Source: Oscillospiraceae bacterium (lineage in GTDB: Bacteria > Bacillota > Clostridia > Oscillospirales > CAG-382). Taken from it: a DNA stretch of 64,000 nt. This document shows, piece by piece, positions 37,317 to 46,494 of the stretch. The translations under genes and the position numbers were made by a program. The stretch is from NCBI GenBank assembly GCA_015064895.1, contig SVRI01000009.1, positions 15,138 to 79,137 of the forward strand, read 5' to 3'. Below the pieces are notes generated by a model. It made no database searches, was not told the origin of the DNA, and saw only the letters and a list, made by a program, of their open reading frames with translations. Positions within the stretch are counted from its first letter, which is position 1. Each line of letters opens with the position of its first letter.

Positions 37317-37457
37317 AATCCTAATCATCTCCATGTTTTCGCAAAGTGTGAACAACTGCACAACTAACTAGTTTATTATATCACATCTTTCCCGAAAAAG
37401 CAACAAAAAGATGTGTCTTTCGACACATCTTTCGCTACTTAAATATTATACTGGTTT

Positions 37458-38042
37458 TTATATGCCGTAATAACCTAAATCCATACCCAAATCGATACCT
37501 ACAGCCAACATGATAATTGAAAGGAAAAGACCGACACCGCAAACAATTACACCGATAAGACCTGTAATCTTTGCCGCCTTTGTCATACCGTTACACGTAC
37601 CTCTTTCGATTGCTTTCTTCGAAAGAATCATGGCTGCAATACCCGATGCAAGGGATTCAATTCCAATGCCCCATGTAACAGAGAAAAACATAGGCATAAC
37701 AGAAGCGAAGGCATATATAAGTGTCAGCAACGCACCGACTGCACAGTTAATGCCGAGTGCCATGCCGATGATTGCCATAACCTTACCGCCCTTTGAAGGC
37801 TGTACTTCAGGTGTGGCATACATGGGTGCAGGTGTGGGCTGAGCATACGCAGTTCCTGTGTAAACGGGTGCTGCGGGAGCTACAGGGGTAGCAGGTGCCG
37901 CAGGAGCAGCGGGTGCCGCAGGGGCAACGGGTGCTGCAGGAGCAACGGGTGTGTTAGGCTTTAAAACTTTACCGCAGCTTTTACAAACTGCAGGTACTTC
38001 GGAGTCCTGATAGGGTGCTCCGCAATTACCGCAAAAATACAT
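37458..38042 (-). CDS. Zinc-ribbon + Pro/Ala-rich linker + multi-TM (DUF4190-like) protein
   Basis: MYFCGNCG...CKSCG, (PVAPAA)n repeats, three hydrophobic helices; AGGAG RBS. Confidence 0.8.
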   Translation of the reverse strand: MYFCGNCGAPYQDSEVPAVCKSCGKVLKPNTPVAPAAPVAPAAPAAPAAPATPVAPAAPVYTGTAYAQPTPAPMYATPEVQPSKGGKVMAIIGMALGINCAVGALLTLIYAFASVMPMFFSVTWGIGIESLASGIAAMILSKKAIERGTCNGMTKAAKITGLIGVIVCGVGLFLSIIMLAVGIDLGMDLGYYGI

Positions 38043-38306
38043 AATATCTCTCCTTATTATCCGGAAAACCTCCGGTACTTGACTAAAGTATATCACATAC
38101 TTTTGCAAAAATCAACAATTATTTTGATGTTTCGCTAAAATCATCCATAATTACGTTGACTTTTAGGTAACTCTGCAAAAAACAACACATCTCATGCAGA
38201 AAACGCCAAAAAACATCTAAAAATGTTGAATAATTATACAAAAAGCTATTGATTTTTCAGAAAATATGTATTAAAATGAAAATAAAGAAAGAGTGAGGTG
38301 TAAAAG

Positions 38307-38630
38307 ATGAAAAACACACAGCCAATCGGAGAACAAGTTTCCGGTCTTACATATACAGAAAAACAAAAGGTTTTGAAAATCGGAGATTCTGAAAAAATAG
38401 TAGGCGGAGTTATGCTCACCGTAGGTTGTCTTTGTCTTATACCCGTCTTCAGTCATGTTTTCAAGGTAGGTCCGAAAAAGCTTCGCGGTCTTTTCCCTGC
38501 CGCAACAATCACATGCGGTGCAATGGCAATACTTACTGTTTGTTATGAAATTTACAGAAGAAGAAAGTTCCCCTTCTATTCACGCAAAAAATATGCTTAT
38601 CTAAAAAAACAGCAAAAAGGAAAAATCTGA
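38307..38630 (+). CDS. Small hypothetical membrane protein
   Basis: GAGGTG RBS, two hydrophobic segments, basic tail, terminator at ~38638-38668. Confidence 0.7.
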   Translation: MKNTQPIGEQVSGLTYTEKQKVLKIGDSEKIVGGVMLTVGCLCLIPVFSHVFKVGPKKLRGLFPAATITCGAMAILTVCYEIYRRRKFPFYSRKKYAYLKKQQKGKI

Positions 38631-38796
38631 GTTTTATGGTCTGTCGAATACGGCAGACCTTTTATTTTGATTTCACACAATGACCGTTGCTTTTTTTACA
38701 AAACCATGATATTATATATAACTGTAAAACATTCCGTTTATTTCATGGTTTGTTTTTTATTTTATCGGGCAGACTCTTTTATCAGGGGGTGATTTT

Positions 38797-39582
38797 GTGC
38801 TCAAAAGGATTATGTGTATAATTTTTTCATTGACGGTATTTTTAGCGGCAATGAGTTTTTCGGCATTTGCCGTCGGCGAAACGGATAAAAGCCACGATTA
38901 CATTATACATGGCGGCGGAAAATACAAAGGTCATGCCGCCACCAACAGTCTGGATGCCCTTGAAAACGCATATGCCGCAGGCAACAGATATATTGAGCTT
39001 GATTTCAATTTCACCCATGACCTTCGTCCCGTTTGCATACATGACTGGAATTATTTATCATATTCGGGATATGACGGCAAACGCCCCACCCTCAAAGAAT
39101 TTTCTCAAAACACGGTTTACAGTTCATTTAAGTCCATGACTCTTGAAGATGTTGCCGACTATATGAGAAAGCACAAAGATTTGTATATTATAACGGATGT
39201 AAAGGACTTAAACATCTACTTCATGGGAATAATCCAAAGGGAATTTCCCGACCTCAGAAACAGGTTTATCGTTCAGGTCTATTCGGAGATTGAATACAGC
39301 TTTGCAAGCCGTATGAAATTTGACAAAATCATCTTTTCCCTGTACAAGCTCGATTGGAACAGCAAGACAAACACAAACAGGCTGGTTGAATTTGCAAAAA
39401 ACCACCGTCTTTACGGATACACGTTCCCATCGTCTCTTTGCGATATAGACGGATATGTTGACAAAATGCTGGAAAGCAACACAAGGCTCTTTGTTCACAC
39501 GGTGAATGACAAATCCGAACAGCAAAAGTATTTCGATATGGGAATCTCGGGCGTATATACCGATAATGTAACGCATAATTGA
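38797..39582 (+). CDS. Secreted glycerophosphodiester phosphodiesterase-like protein
   Basis: Signal peptide ending AFA, IHGGG, TNSLDA, IELD, CIHDW, ITDVK, HTVND, GVYTD. Confidence 0.85.
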   Translation: MLKRIMCIIFSLTVFLAAMSFSAFAVGETDKSHDYIIHGGGKYKGHAATNSLDALENAYAAGNRYIELDFNFTHDLRPVCIHDWNYLSYSGYDGKRPTLKEFSQNTVYSSFKSMTLEDVADYMRKHKDLYIITDVKDLNIYFMGIIQREFPDLRNRFIVQVYSEIEYSFASRMKFDKIIFSLYKLDWNSKTNTNRLVEFAKNHRLYGYTFPSSLCDIDGYVDKMLESNTRLFVHTVNDKSEQQKYFDMGISGVYTDNVTHN

Positions 39583-39614
39583 CAACGAGAATTATACGAC
39601 AAAGGAGTGCTTCT

Positions 39615-40364
39615 ATGAATTGCACGTACTGTAATGCGAAAATCCCTCCAAAAAGCAAATTCTGTAATAACTGCGGAAAAAAGGTGCAGTTGGCAAATAC
39701 TCAGGTTGCCGCAAAAACAAAAAGAATTACCGGTCCGAAGGTTCTTCTTATCTGTCTTTCGGGTATTATTGCAACTCTCTTTCTGGCAATTGCCGTTATA
39801 CTCGGATTAAAGTTTTATGAAAATAACGACATGTCAAAGGTAAGAGAATTCAAGGGTACATTTTCGGATAGTGAAGATTATTTGCTGATTTCTCAGGACG
39901 GATACGGCGAATTCCACAAATTTGAAGCTTACGACGAAAACGACGAACTTATAGTATATCGGGAATTCAAATATACCAAGGACGGAAAAGTGAAAGAATG
40001 GACATATTATGATTCCGAGGACAGGCCTTTTCTGAAAGTTGAATATAAATACAACAGCGACGGAACAAAAAAAGAAGCTCTGAACTATAATTTCGACAGC
40101 AACGGAAATGAAATCCCCAAATCCGTTCATACTACTTACTATATTGAAAAAGGAAAAGAGCATGAGCTGGACGACGATATCAAACAATATACCGTCATAG
40201 AGTATGATAAATACGGAAGAATGATAAAAGGTGAAAACTATAATGACGGGGAACTCATTTCAACGTGGATTGACGAGTATGACAAGCACGGTCTTGTAAA
40301 AGAAACGTCATGGAGTGAGGGAGATTCAGAAAAATCCATTTTAACATTAAAGCCTCTTGACTGA
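39615..40364 (+). CDS. Zinc-ribbon, single-TM protein with YD-like beta-hairpin repeats
   Basis: MNCTYC...FCNNCG, TM, repeated xEYDxxG motifs; AAGGAG RBS. Confidence 0.78.
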   Translation: MNCTYCNAKIPPKSKFCNNCGKKVQLANTQVAAKTKRITGPKVLLICLSGIIATLFLAIAVILGLKFYENNDMSKVREFKGTFSDSEDYLLISQDGYGEFHKFEAYDENDELIVYREFKYTKDGKVKEWTYYDSEDRPFLKVEYKYNSDGTKKEALNYNFDSNGNEIPKSVHTTYYIEKGKEHELDDDIKQYTVIEYDKYGRMIKGENYNDGELISTWIDEYDKHGLVKETSWSEGDSEKSILTLKPLD

Positions 40365-40431
40365 TTATACATATACCTAAGGCAGCCTGTTAAACGGCTG
40401 CCTCGTTTTGTCAAAAACTGATTTTTGGATA

Positions 40432-40460
40432 TTGACCTATATGGTGAAAAATGGTATAAT
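40432..40460 (+). promoter_or_regulatory. Sigma-A promoter of GH29 gene
   Basis: TTGACC-17 nt-TATAAT with TG extension. Confidence 0.75.
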
Positions 40461-40495
40461 TCCAATGTAAATTAATCTTCAAGGAGGACAAACAA

Positions 40496-41743
40496 ATGCT
40501 TATTCCCGAAAAAAGAATTGCGGATTTTGAAAAACTGGGCTTCGGTCTCTTTATACACTGGGGTCTTTATTCTCAGGTTGGCAAGGGAGAATGGTACTTC
40601 TATCACGAAGAAGACCTGGAATTTTCCGAATACATGAAGTTAAAGGACACATTTACCGCAGAGGATTTCGACGCAGAAAGAATCGCAAGAGCGGCAAAAG
40701 AGGCAGGCTGTAAGTACATCACCCTTACAACCCGCCACCACGAAGGCTTCTCTCTTTACGATACATGCGGTCTCAACGATTTCGACGCACCCCACTCCCC
40801 TGCAAAGAGAGACTTAATAGGGGAATTTGTCGATGCCTGCAGAAAGTACGACCTTATCCCCTTCTTCTATCACACAACCCTCGACTGGTACAAAGAAGAA
40901 TACAAGAACAACTTTGACGAATATCTTGAATACTTACGCAAGAGTGTGGAAATTCTTTGCACAAACTACGGCAAAATCGGCGGTCTCTGGTTCGACGGCA
41001 ACTGGGACAAGCCCGATGCCGACTGGAAGCTTGACGAGCTTTACGGCACAATCAGAAAGCACCAGCCCGATGCCATGATTATCAACAACACAGGTCTTTC
41101 CGCAAGAGGCGAACTGGGTCATCCCGAAATCGACGCTGTTACATATGAACAGGGACGTCCCGAACCCCTTGACAGAAGCAAAATGTCAAAGTACATCACA
41201 GGCGAAATGTGCTACACCATGAACGACCACTGGGCAGTAGGCTACAACGACCTTGACTACAAGTCTACCCGCGAGCTTATCGAGTGTCTTTGCGATTGCA
41301 GAAAGGTTGGCGCAAACTTCCTTCTCAACATCGGTCCCTCGGCACAGGGCGGTATTATTCCCATTCAGGAAGAATTCTTAAAGACAATGGGCAGATGGAC
41401 AGACGTTTACGGTGAAGCCATCTACAACGGCAAGCCCTACACAATCTGCGACGGTTCAAAAGACTTTATCTTAAAGAACGGCGAAGATGACAAGGTTCTC
41501 TACCTCTTTGCATACGACCTTGGCAGACTCGGAAGCGAAAACGTAGTTCTCAACGGCGGTGGCGGCGGCAAGGACAGGCAGTTCAAACTCCTTGACGGTG
41601 CAAAAGTTAAGGAACTCAAGTGGATGGACAACGGTGAGGTTCTTGAGTTCAAGCAGGACGGAAACAACCTCGAAGTTGCCTGCACAGGCTTCCCCTACGG
41701 CTGCAATTACTGTGTAAGAGTTGCAAAGGTCTTACTTTCTTGA
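40496..41743 (+). CDS. Alpha-L-fucosidase (GH29)
   Basis: FGLFIHWGLYS, TTRHHEGF, GLWFDG (nucleophile Asp), IINN, FLLNIGP. Confidence 0.93.
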   Translation: MLIPEKRIADFEKLGFGLFIHWGLYSQVGKGEWYFYHEEDLEFSEYMKLKDTFTAEDFDAERIARAAKEAGCKYITLTTRHHEGFSLYDTCGLNDFDAPHSPAKRDLIGEFVDACRKYDLIPFFYHTTLDWYKEEYKNNFDEYLEYLRKSVEILCTNYGKIGGLWFDGNWDKPDADWKLDELYGTIRKHQPDAMIINNTGLSARGELGHPEIDAVTYEQGRPEPLDRSKMSKYITGEMCYTMNDHWAVGYNDLDYKSTRELIECLCDCRKVGANFLLNIGPSAQGGIIPIQEEFLKTMGRWTDVYGEAIYNGKPYTICDGSKDFILKNGEDDKVLYLFAYDLGRLGSENVVLNGGGGGKDRQFKLLDGAKVKELKWMDNGEVLEFKQDGNNLEVACTGFPYGCNYCVRVAKVLLS

Positions 41744-42113
41744 AAGAAAGTAAGCAAAGAACTTTAAATATCGGGGTATCTAGGATAAAATTCTTATTAT
41801 TCTGCCCGAAATGTTATTCCGTTTGACCGCCATTAAGGCAAGCGGTCAAACTCATTTCCAATCCTTTTTAACAGAAAGTAAGCAAAGCCCTTTTTAATTT
41901 CGGGGCATCTCAGATGAAATTCTGATTTTTCTGCCCGAAGTATTATCCCGTTTGACCGCCTTAAATCCAAGCGGTCAAACTCATTACCAGTCCTTTTTTA
42001 CAGAAAGTAAGCAAAGCCCTTTTTAATTTCGGGGCATCTCGGAAAAAATTCTTGTTTTTCTGCCCGAAGTATATTCCGTCTGACCGCCTCAAATCCAAGC
42101 GGTCAGACTCATT
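41731..42113. repeat. Three tandem ~129-bp composite palindromic repeats
   Basis: AGAAAGTAAGCAAAG at 41745, 41873 and 42002, each followed by TCGGGG...CCCGAA and a family-A hairpin. Confidence 0.9.
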
Positions 42114-42140
42114 TTCAATCATGCAAGGAGCTGTGCACCC

Positions 42141-43664
42141 ATGGCATTTGACCCAAAATCAATGTTCCGTTTTCCAAGGGACAAAGAACCGTATGTATTT
42201 GAAAATCCGTATGTGGACGAAAACACATTTTTAAAAGCCAAGGCAAGCCCAAAAGCTTTGCCGAAATATGACGAGATCAAAGAACTTCTTCCAAAGCCCG
42301 TATGGGACGGACATGGGGATGCTCTTGACTGTTACTACAGAACATGGCAGATAGCTTTTGCAAATCTGAAAAGTGCCAGTGAAGAAACCCGCTTTGTTTC
42401 GGATTACATTGACAACGCTTTCTTCAGTTTTTCATTTATGTGGGACTCATGCTTCATGGTTATGTTCGGCAAATACGCAGGACACATTTTTGATTTTCAG
42501 AAGACACTCGACAACTTCTATTCCCACCAGCACAAAGACGGATACATAACACGTCAACTGTTTCAGTCCGATGACGGAGCACGTTTTTCAAAAGACGACC
42601 CTGCATCGACAGGACCCAACATTTTCCCTTGGGCAGAATGGGAATACTACTGCATAACAAAGGACGAAGAAAGACTCGGAAAAGTTTTTCCCGTTCTTCT
42701 TGCCTATCACAAGTGGCTGCAGTTAAACCGCACCTGGCAAAACGGTCTTTACTGGACGACGGGGCTTGCCAGCGGAATGGACAATCAGCCGAGAGTACCC
42801 GAAGGATACAGCCCTCTTTGTTCCCACGCATTTATGGCATGGCTTGATGCCTGCTGTCAGCAATATATAAGTGCCGACATTCTCATAAAAATATCCGGTG
42901 TTATAGGCAGAGAAGATGACACAGAGTGGTTAAAAGAAGAGAAAGAATTGCTTGAAAAAGCAATAAACGAAAACATGTGGGATGACAAGGATGCATTTTA
43001 CTACGACATGCTTCGTGACGGAAGTCTGAACTACGTAAAGAGCGTCGGTGCGTACTGGACACTCCTTGCAGGTCTCGTTTCAAATGAAAGAGCAGACAGA
43101 TTTATTTCCCATCTTGACAACGAAAAGGAATTCAAGCGTCCATTCAGAATCCCCACCCTTTCGGCAGACCATCCCGAATATCAGGAATACGGCGACTATT
43201 GGCGCGGTTCTGTCTGGGCACCGACAAATTACATGGTGCTCAAAGGCCTTGACAAGTACGGATACAACAGTCTTGCTTATGACATTGCCTGCAATTACCT
43301 TGAAAACATAGTTGAGGTTTTCAAAAAAGACGGTACACTTTACGAAAACTATTCACCCGAACACATTGAAAAAGGAAACCATTCACAAGACGAATTTGTA
43401 GGCTGGACAGGTCTTGCGCCCATCAACATAATGTTTGAGTATGTTTTCGGAATAAGACCCGATGCACAAAACAAAAAAATCACATGGCACATTAACAGAC
43501 TTGAAAAACACGGCATAGAAAACTATTATTTCTGCGGAAAGTTCATTACGCTTCTATGCGACAGCCGTTCCTCTGCAAATGAAGAGCCAAACATCACGCT
43601 CACAAATTGCGACGGTATTCAGATTGAACTTATATGGAACGGAAAAAGAAAAACAATATCATAG
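42141..43664 (+). CDS. (alpha/alpha)6 glycoside hydrolase, GH63/trehalase-like (MGH1-like)
   Basis: FMWDSCF, SGMDNQPR, FYYD, YWRGSVWAPTNY, YENY, FVGWTG. Confidence 0.85.
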   Translation: MAFDPKSMFRFPRDKEPYVFENPYVDENTFLKAKASPKALPKYDEIKELLPKPVWDGHGDALDCYYRTWQIAFANLKSASEETRFVSDYIDNAFFSFSFMWDSCFMVMFGKYAGHIFDFQKTLDNFYSHQHKDGYITRQLFQSDDGARFSKDDPASTGPNIFPWAEWEYYCITKDEERLGKVFPVLLAYHKWLQLNRTWQNGLYWTTGLASGMDNQPRVPEGYSPLCSHAFMAWLDACCQQYISADILIKISGVIGREDDTEWLKEEKELLEKAINENMWDDKDAFYYDMLRDGSLNYVKSVGAYWTLLAGLVSNERADRFISHLDNEKEFKRPFRIPTLSADHPEYQEYGDYWRGSVWAPTNYMVLKGLDKYGYNSLAYDIACNYLENIVEVFKKDGTLYENYSPEHIEKGNHSQDEFVGWTGLAPINIMFEYVFGIRPDAQNKKITWHINRLEKHGIENYYFCGKFITLLCDSRSSANEEPNITLTNCDGIQIELIWNGKRKTIS

Positions 43665-43693
43665 AAAAAAGCGGCTGAAAAGCCGCTTTTTTT
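43665..43693. terminator. Bidirectional intrinsic terminator
   Basis: AAAAAAGCGGCT-gaaa-AGCCGCTTTTTT between convergent genes. Confidence 0.85.
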
Positions 43694-43694
43694 A

Positions 43695-44318
43695 TTATTT
43701 TACCAGTTCAAAAGCCTTCATCCATGCTCTCTTAATAAGCTCATGGCCTGCTTCTGTAGGATGAACGCCCTCGTTTGTCCAATAGGGTTCGGGGTGTCTT
43801 TGGGTAGCCTTGTCAAACTCGCTCTGAAGGTCTACAAACACACAACCGTGTTTTTCGGCAAGACGTTTTGCGGTTTCTGCTCTCTTTTTTGTTTCGGGTC
43901 TGAAAACGTCCCATGCCGCCTCTGTAGCACGTCCCTTTGTAACGAATGCACCGAGAAGAATGATTTTAATATTGGGAAGAGCCTCTTTTATTTCCGAAAG
44001 AAGCATATCATAAATCTTTTCAAACTTTTCCGCATCAACGCCGTTCTGCATTTCAACTTCATGCCAGACATCATTGACACCGATATGTATGCTGAGAACA
44101 TCCGGCTTTAAGTTTATAAAATCGGCCTTGATTCTTGCGTAAAGGTCAACAACTCTGTTGCCTGAAATTGCTCGGTTTATAAATTCATATTCTCCGGGAT
44201 GTTCAAAATTCAGTTCGCCCGTAATTCTTAAAGGATATCCGTTTCCTTTAAATCCGTCATGGTCTCTGCTTCTTCCGCAGTCTGTAATGGAATCTCCCTG
44301 AAATAAAATTCTTGTCAT
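43695..44318 (-). CDS. SGNH/GDSL esterase
   Basis: FQGDSIT, ISGN, GVND, EGVHP. Confidence 0.92.
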   Translation of the reverse strand: MTRILFQGDSITDCGRSRDHDGFKGNGYPLRITGELNFEHPGEYEFINRAISGNRVVDLYARIKADFINLKPDVLSIHIGVNDVWHEVEMQNGVDAEKFEKIYDMLLSEIKEALPNIKIILLGAFVTKGRATEAAWDVFRPETKKRAETAKRLAEKHGCVFVDLQSEFDKATQRHPEPYWTNEGVHPTEAGHELIKRAWMKAFELVK

Positions 44319-44332
44319 TGTCTTTTCTCCTT

Positions 44333-45367
44333 TTATATATACAAATCGTGTTTTTCTTCTTGTATACCCAGCGTCCTTGCAACAAGCGAGCCGATTTTAT
44401 CCGCCATTCTCATAAAGCCTATGTCATTGGGGTGACAGCCGTCAAAGGTGCAGGCTGTATAGAATTCGCCCTCAAAAAGAGTTTTGCCGTCGATGAGGTG
44501 TACGTTTTTATCTCCCTGAGCTTTTGCATATTCAAAGTTCTTTGAAATAACATCAAATCTGCGTCTTGCATCATAGGGGTCCTTGAAGCAATCGGGCTTT
44601 GACACCATAATATAGGGAATATCGGGGTGTTTTTCTCGGATTGTCTTGTACATTTCAAGATGTGTTTCTTCCAGGTACTCATATGTATGTGCATTATGGT
44701 CATAGTCGCACACAAAGCAGGACATATCAAGAGATGCCATATAGTCGCATATCGCCTTTTCGCCCTTGGCACTGCCCGAAAGACCGAGGTTTATATAGTC
44801 AAGACCGTATTTCTGAGATATAAGCGAGGTATACGCCATACCGGGACGGGAAGCAAGTCCGCCGTTGGTAATTGACGAGCCGTAGAAAACGACAGGCTTA
44901 GTATATTTATAAGCAATTCCCTTGCCGAGCTCTGCATCCTTTTCAATGCCGAGTTCGACATCTTCTATAAAGGCAAAGCAGGGGAAATTGAGTGTATAAT
45001 ACTGCCATTTTCTATCCCTCTGAACCATGCCTTCGCCGATTCTTGCAGAAAATTCGCCCTCATGCACACCGTAGAATGTATCTCTGTAGCCTGCGGCAAA
45101 GTATTCCTTTCCCGTCTTTTCATCGACTCTGTAAAGGTCAAAGTTCATATCCCAATGAAGCGTCATCTTTGCACGGACAACAATTATATTGGAGTTTGTC
45201 GAAAATCTCGCTCTGCCGCCTGCCGAGTATTTTGCGACAATCTTACCAAGGTCTGTCATGCCCTCTGTCACGCTGTCGGGCAGACGCTTATATTCCTCGT
45301 CCATGTTGTATATATCAAAGTTTTCTTTTGTTACCTTGTACCACTTTATGTTGCTGTAGTCTTCCAT
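44333..45367 (-). CDS. SGNH hydrolase with GxDLY-type N-terminal domain
   Basis: SAGGRARFSTNS, FDLY, FYGSSIT, NLGLSGSA, DYDHN, DGCHP. Confidence 0.88.
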   Translation of the reverse strand: MEDYSNIKWYKVTKENFDIYNMDEEYKRLPDSVTEGMTDLGKIVAKYSAGGRARFSTNSNIIVVRAKMTLHWDMNFDLYRVDEKTGKEYFAAGYRDTFYGVHEGEFSARIGEGMVQRDRKWQYYTLNFPCFAFIEDVELGIEKDAELGKGIAYKYTKPVVFYGSSITNGGLASRPGMAYTSLISQKYGLDYINLGLSGSAKGEKAICDYMASLDMSCFVCDYDHNAHTYEYLEETHLEMYKTIREKHPDIPYIMVSKPDCFKDPYDARRRFDVISKNFEYAKAQGDKNVHLIDGKTLFEGEFYTACTFDGCHPNDIGFMRMADKIGSLVARTLGIQEEKHDLYI

Positions 45368-45531
45368 TATTTTCTCCTTGTCCGAGGTTAATTTTCACAA
45401 GCAAATGATATCACATACAAGTCTAAAAGTCAATAAACCCAAATTATTAACTTTGGGTTTTAAGATTATTTTGTTCTGCATAATAAATTAGGTTTATTAT
45501 TAAATTAAGAACTAAGATATTGAGGTATAAT

Positions 45532-46494
45532 ATGAGTATACGTTCGGACAATGCCAGAATCTTGCGGCAGTTGTCTTTATACTTGAATTTAATGGCTGAT
45601 GCAATAGACGGTGAAATGGTTGACTCCATTGCATTCGGATGTGACAAAGAACAGAGAGAGTACGCATATGCAACTCTCCTTGCCACATATTGCGGTTTTG
45701 ACATAGTTGACTCTAAAGAGGACAAGGCGTTCTTCCGTGAAAGATTCACAAGAATGTGCCATATGCAAGAAAAAGCCGAGTTTGAAAACGACGAGTACTA
45801 CAAAAACATTAAATTTCCCGACGTTACAAATGAAACATGGGAATTTAAGGTAATGTCCTTCAAGCCCTACGAGGCATTTCTTGCCAACGAATCGATTCTT
45901 GACAAAGACGGAAAGCTGTTCCCGCAAATCGGCTTTTTCGAGGAAGAATTCCCATATCCTGCAGCGCTTCAAGACGGGCGTGAATGGATGACGGTAACAC
46001 CCCACGAAATACGAACCACAAAGCCTGCTGTCAGAAAGAGCTTCGGCAATGTTCTGACCTACGGACTGGGACTCGGATATTTTCCCTATATGGCACATCT
46101 TAAAGACAGTGTTACATCTGTCACAATCGTTGAAAAAGACGAGAGAGTAATTGAGCTTTTTACAAAGTACATTCTGCCCCAGTTTCCCGATAAAGACAAA
46201 ATTAAAGTAATATGTGCCGATGCTTTTGAGTTTGCAGAAAAAGAAACGGCAAAAACCTTTTACGACTTCATCTTTGCCGACACCTGGCATGACCCGTCCG
46301 ACGGTGTTGAGATGTATGAAAAGTTTAAAGCATGCGAAAAATACAGTCCCGATTCCGAGTATATGTACTGGATTGAGGACACCCTGAAATACTACATGAG
46401 CCTCGACAAAAACAGCGAGGAGGACACAAGCCCCGTATTCAAGGAAGGAACTTCCTTTTCAATAAAATTCATTGAAAACCAGGTGATAAAATGA
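45532..46494 (+). CDS. Class I SAM-dependent methyltransferase / spermidine-synthase-like fold protein
   Basis: EWM..TPHE, VLTYGLGLGY, VTIVEKD, ADAF, DFIFADTW; GAGG RBS; ATGA overlap with the next gene. Confidence 0.75.
   Translation: MSIRSDNARILRQLSLYLNLMADAIDGEMVDSIAFGCDKEQREYAYATLLATYCGFDIVDSKEDKAFFRERFTRMCHMQEKAEFENDEYYKNIKFPDVTNETWEFKVMSFKPYEAFLANESILDKDGKLFPQIGFFEEEFPYPAALQDGREWMTVTPHEIRTTKPAVRKSFGNVLTYGLGLGYFPYMAHLKDSVTSVTIVEKDERVIELFTKYILPQFPDKDKIKVICADAFEFAEKETAKTFYDFIFADTWHDPSDGVEMYEKFKACEKYSPDSEYMYWIEDTLKYYMSLDKNSEEDTSPVFKEGTSFSIKFIENQVIK

Noticed and set aside
37860-37952. 9-bp-period tandem repeat as a contingency locus
   Set aside because: In-frame degenerate codons for a Pro/Ala linker; length changes would not shift the frame.
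39840-40364. Rhs/YD polymorphic toxin
   Set aside because: Only a few YD-like hairpins; no Rhs core, cleavage motif, toxin tip or immunity gene.
41731-42113. Possible CRISPR array
   Set aside because: The period is ~129 bp, the intervening sequences are homologous rather than unique spacers, and no cas genes are present.
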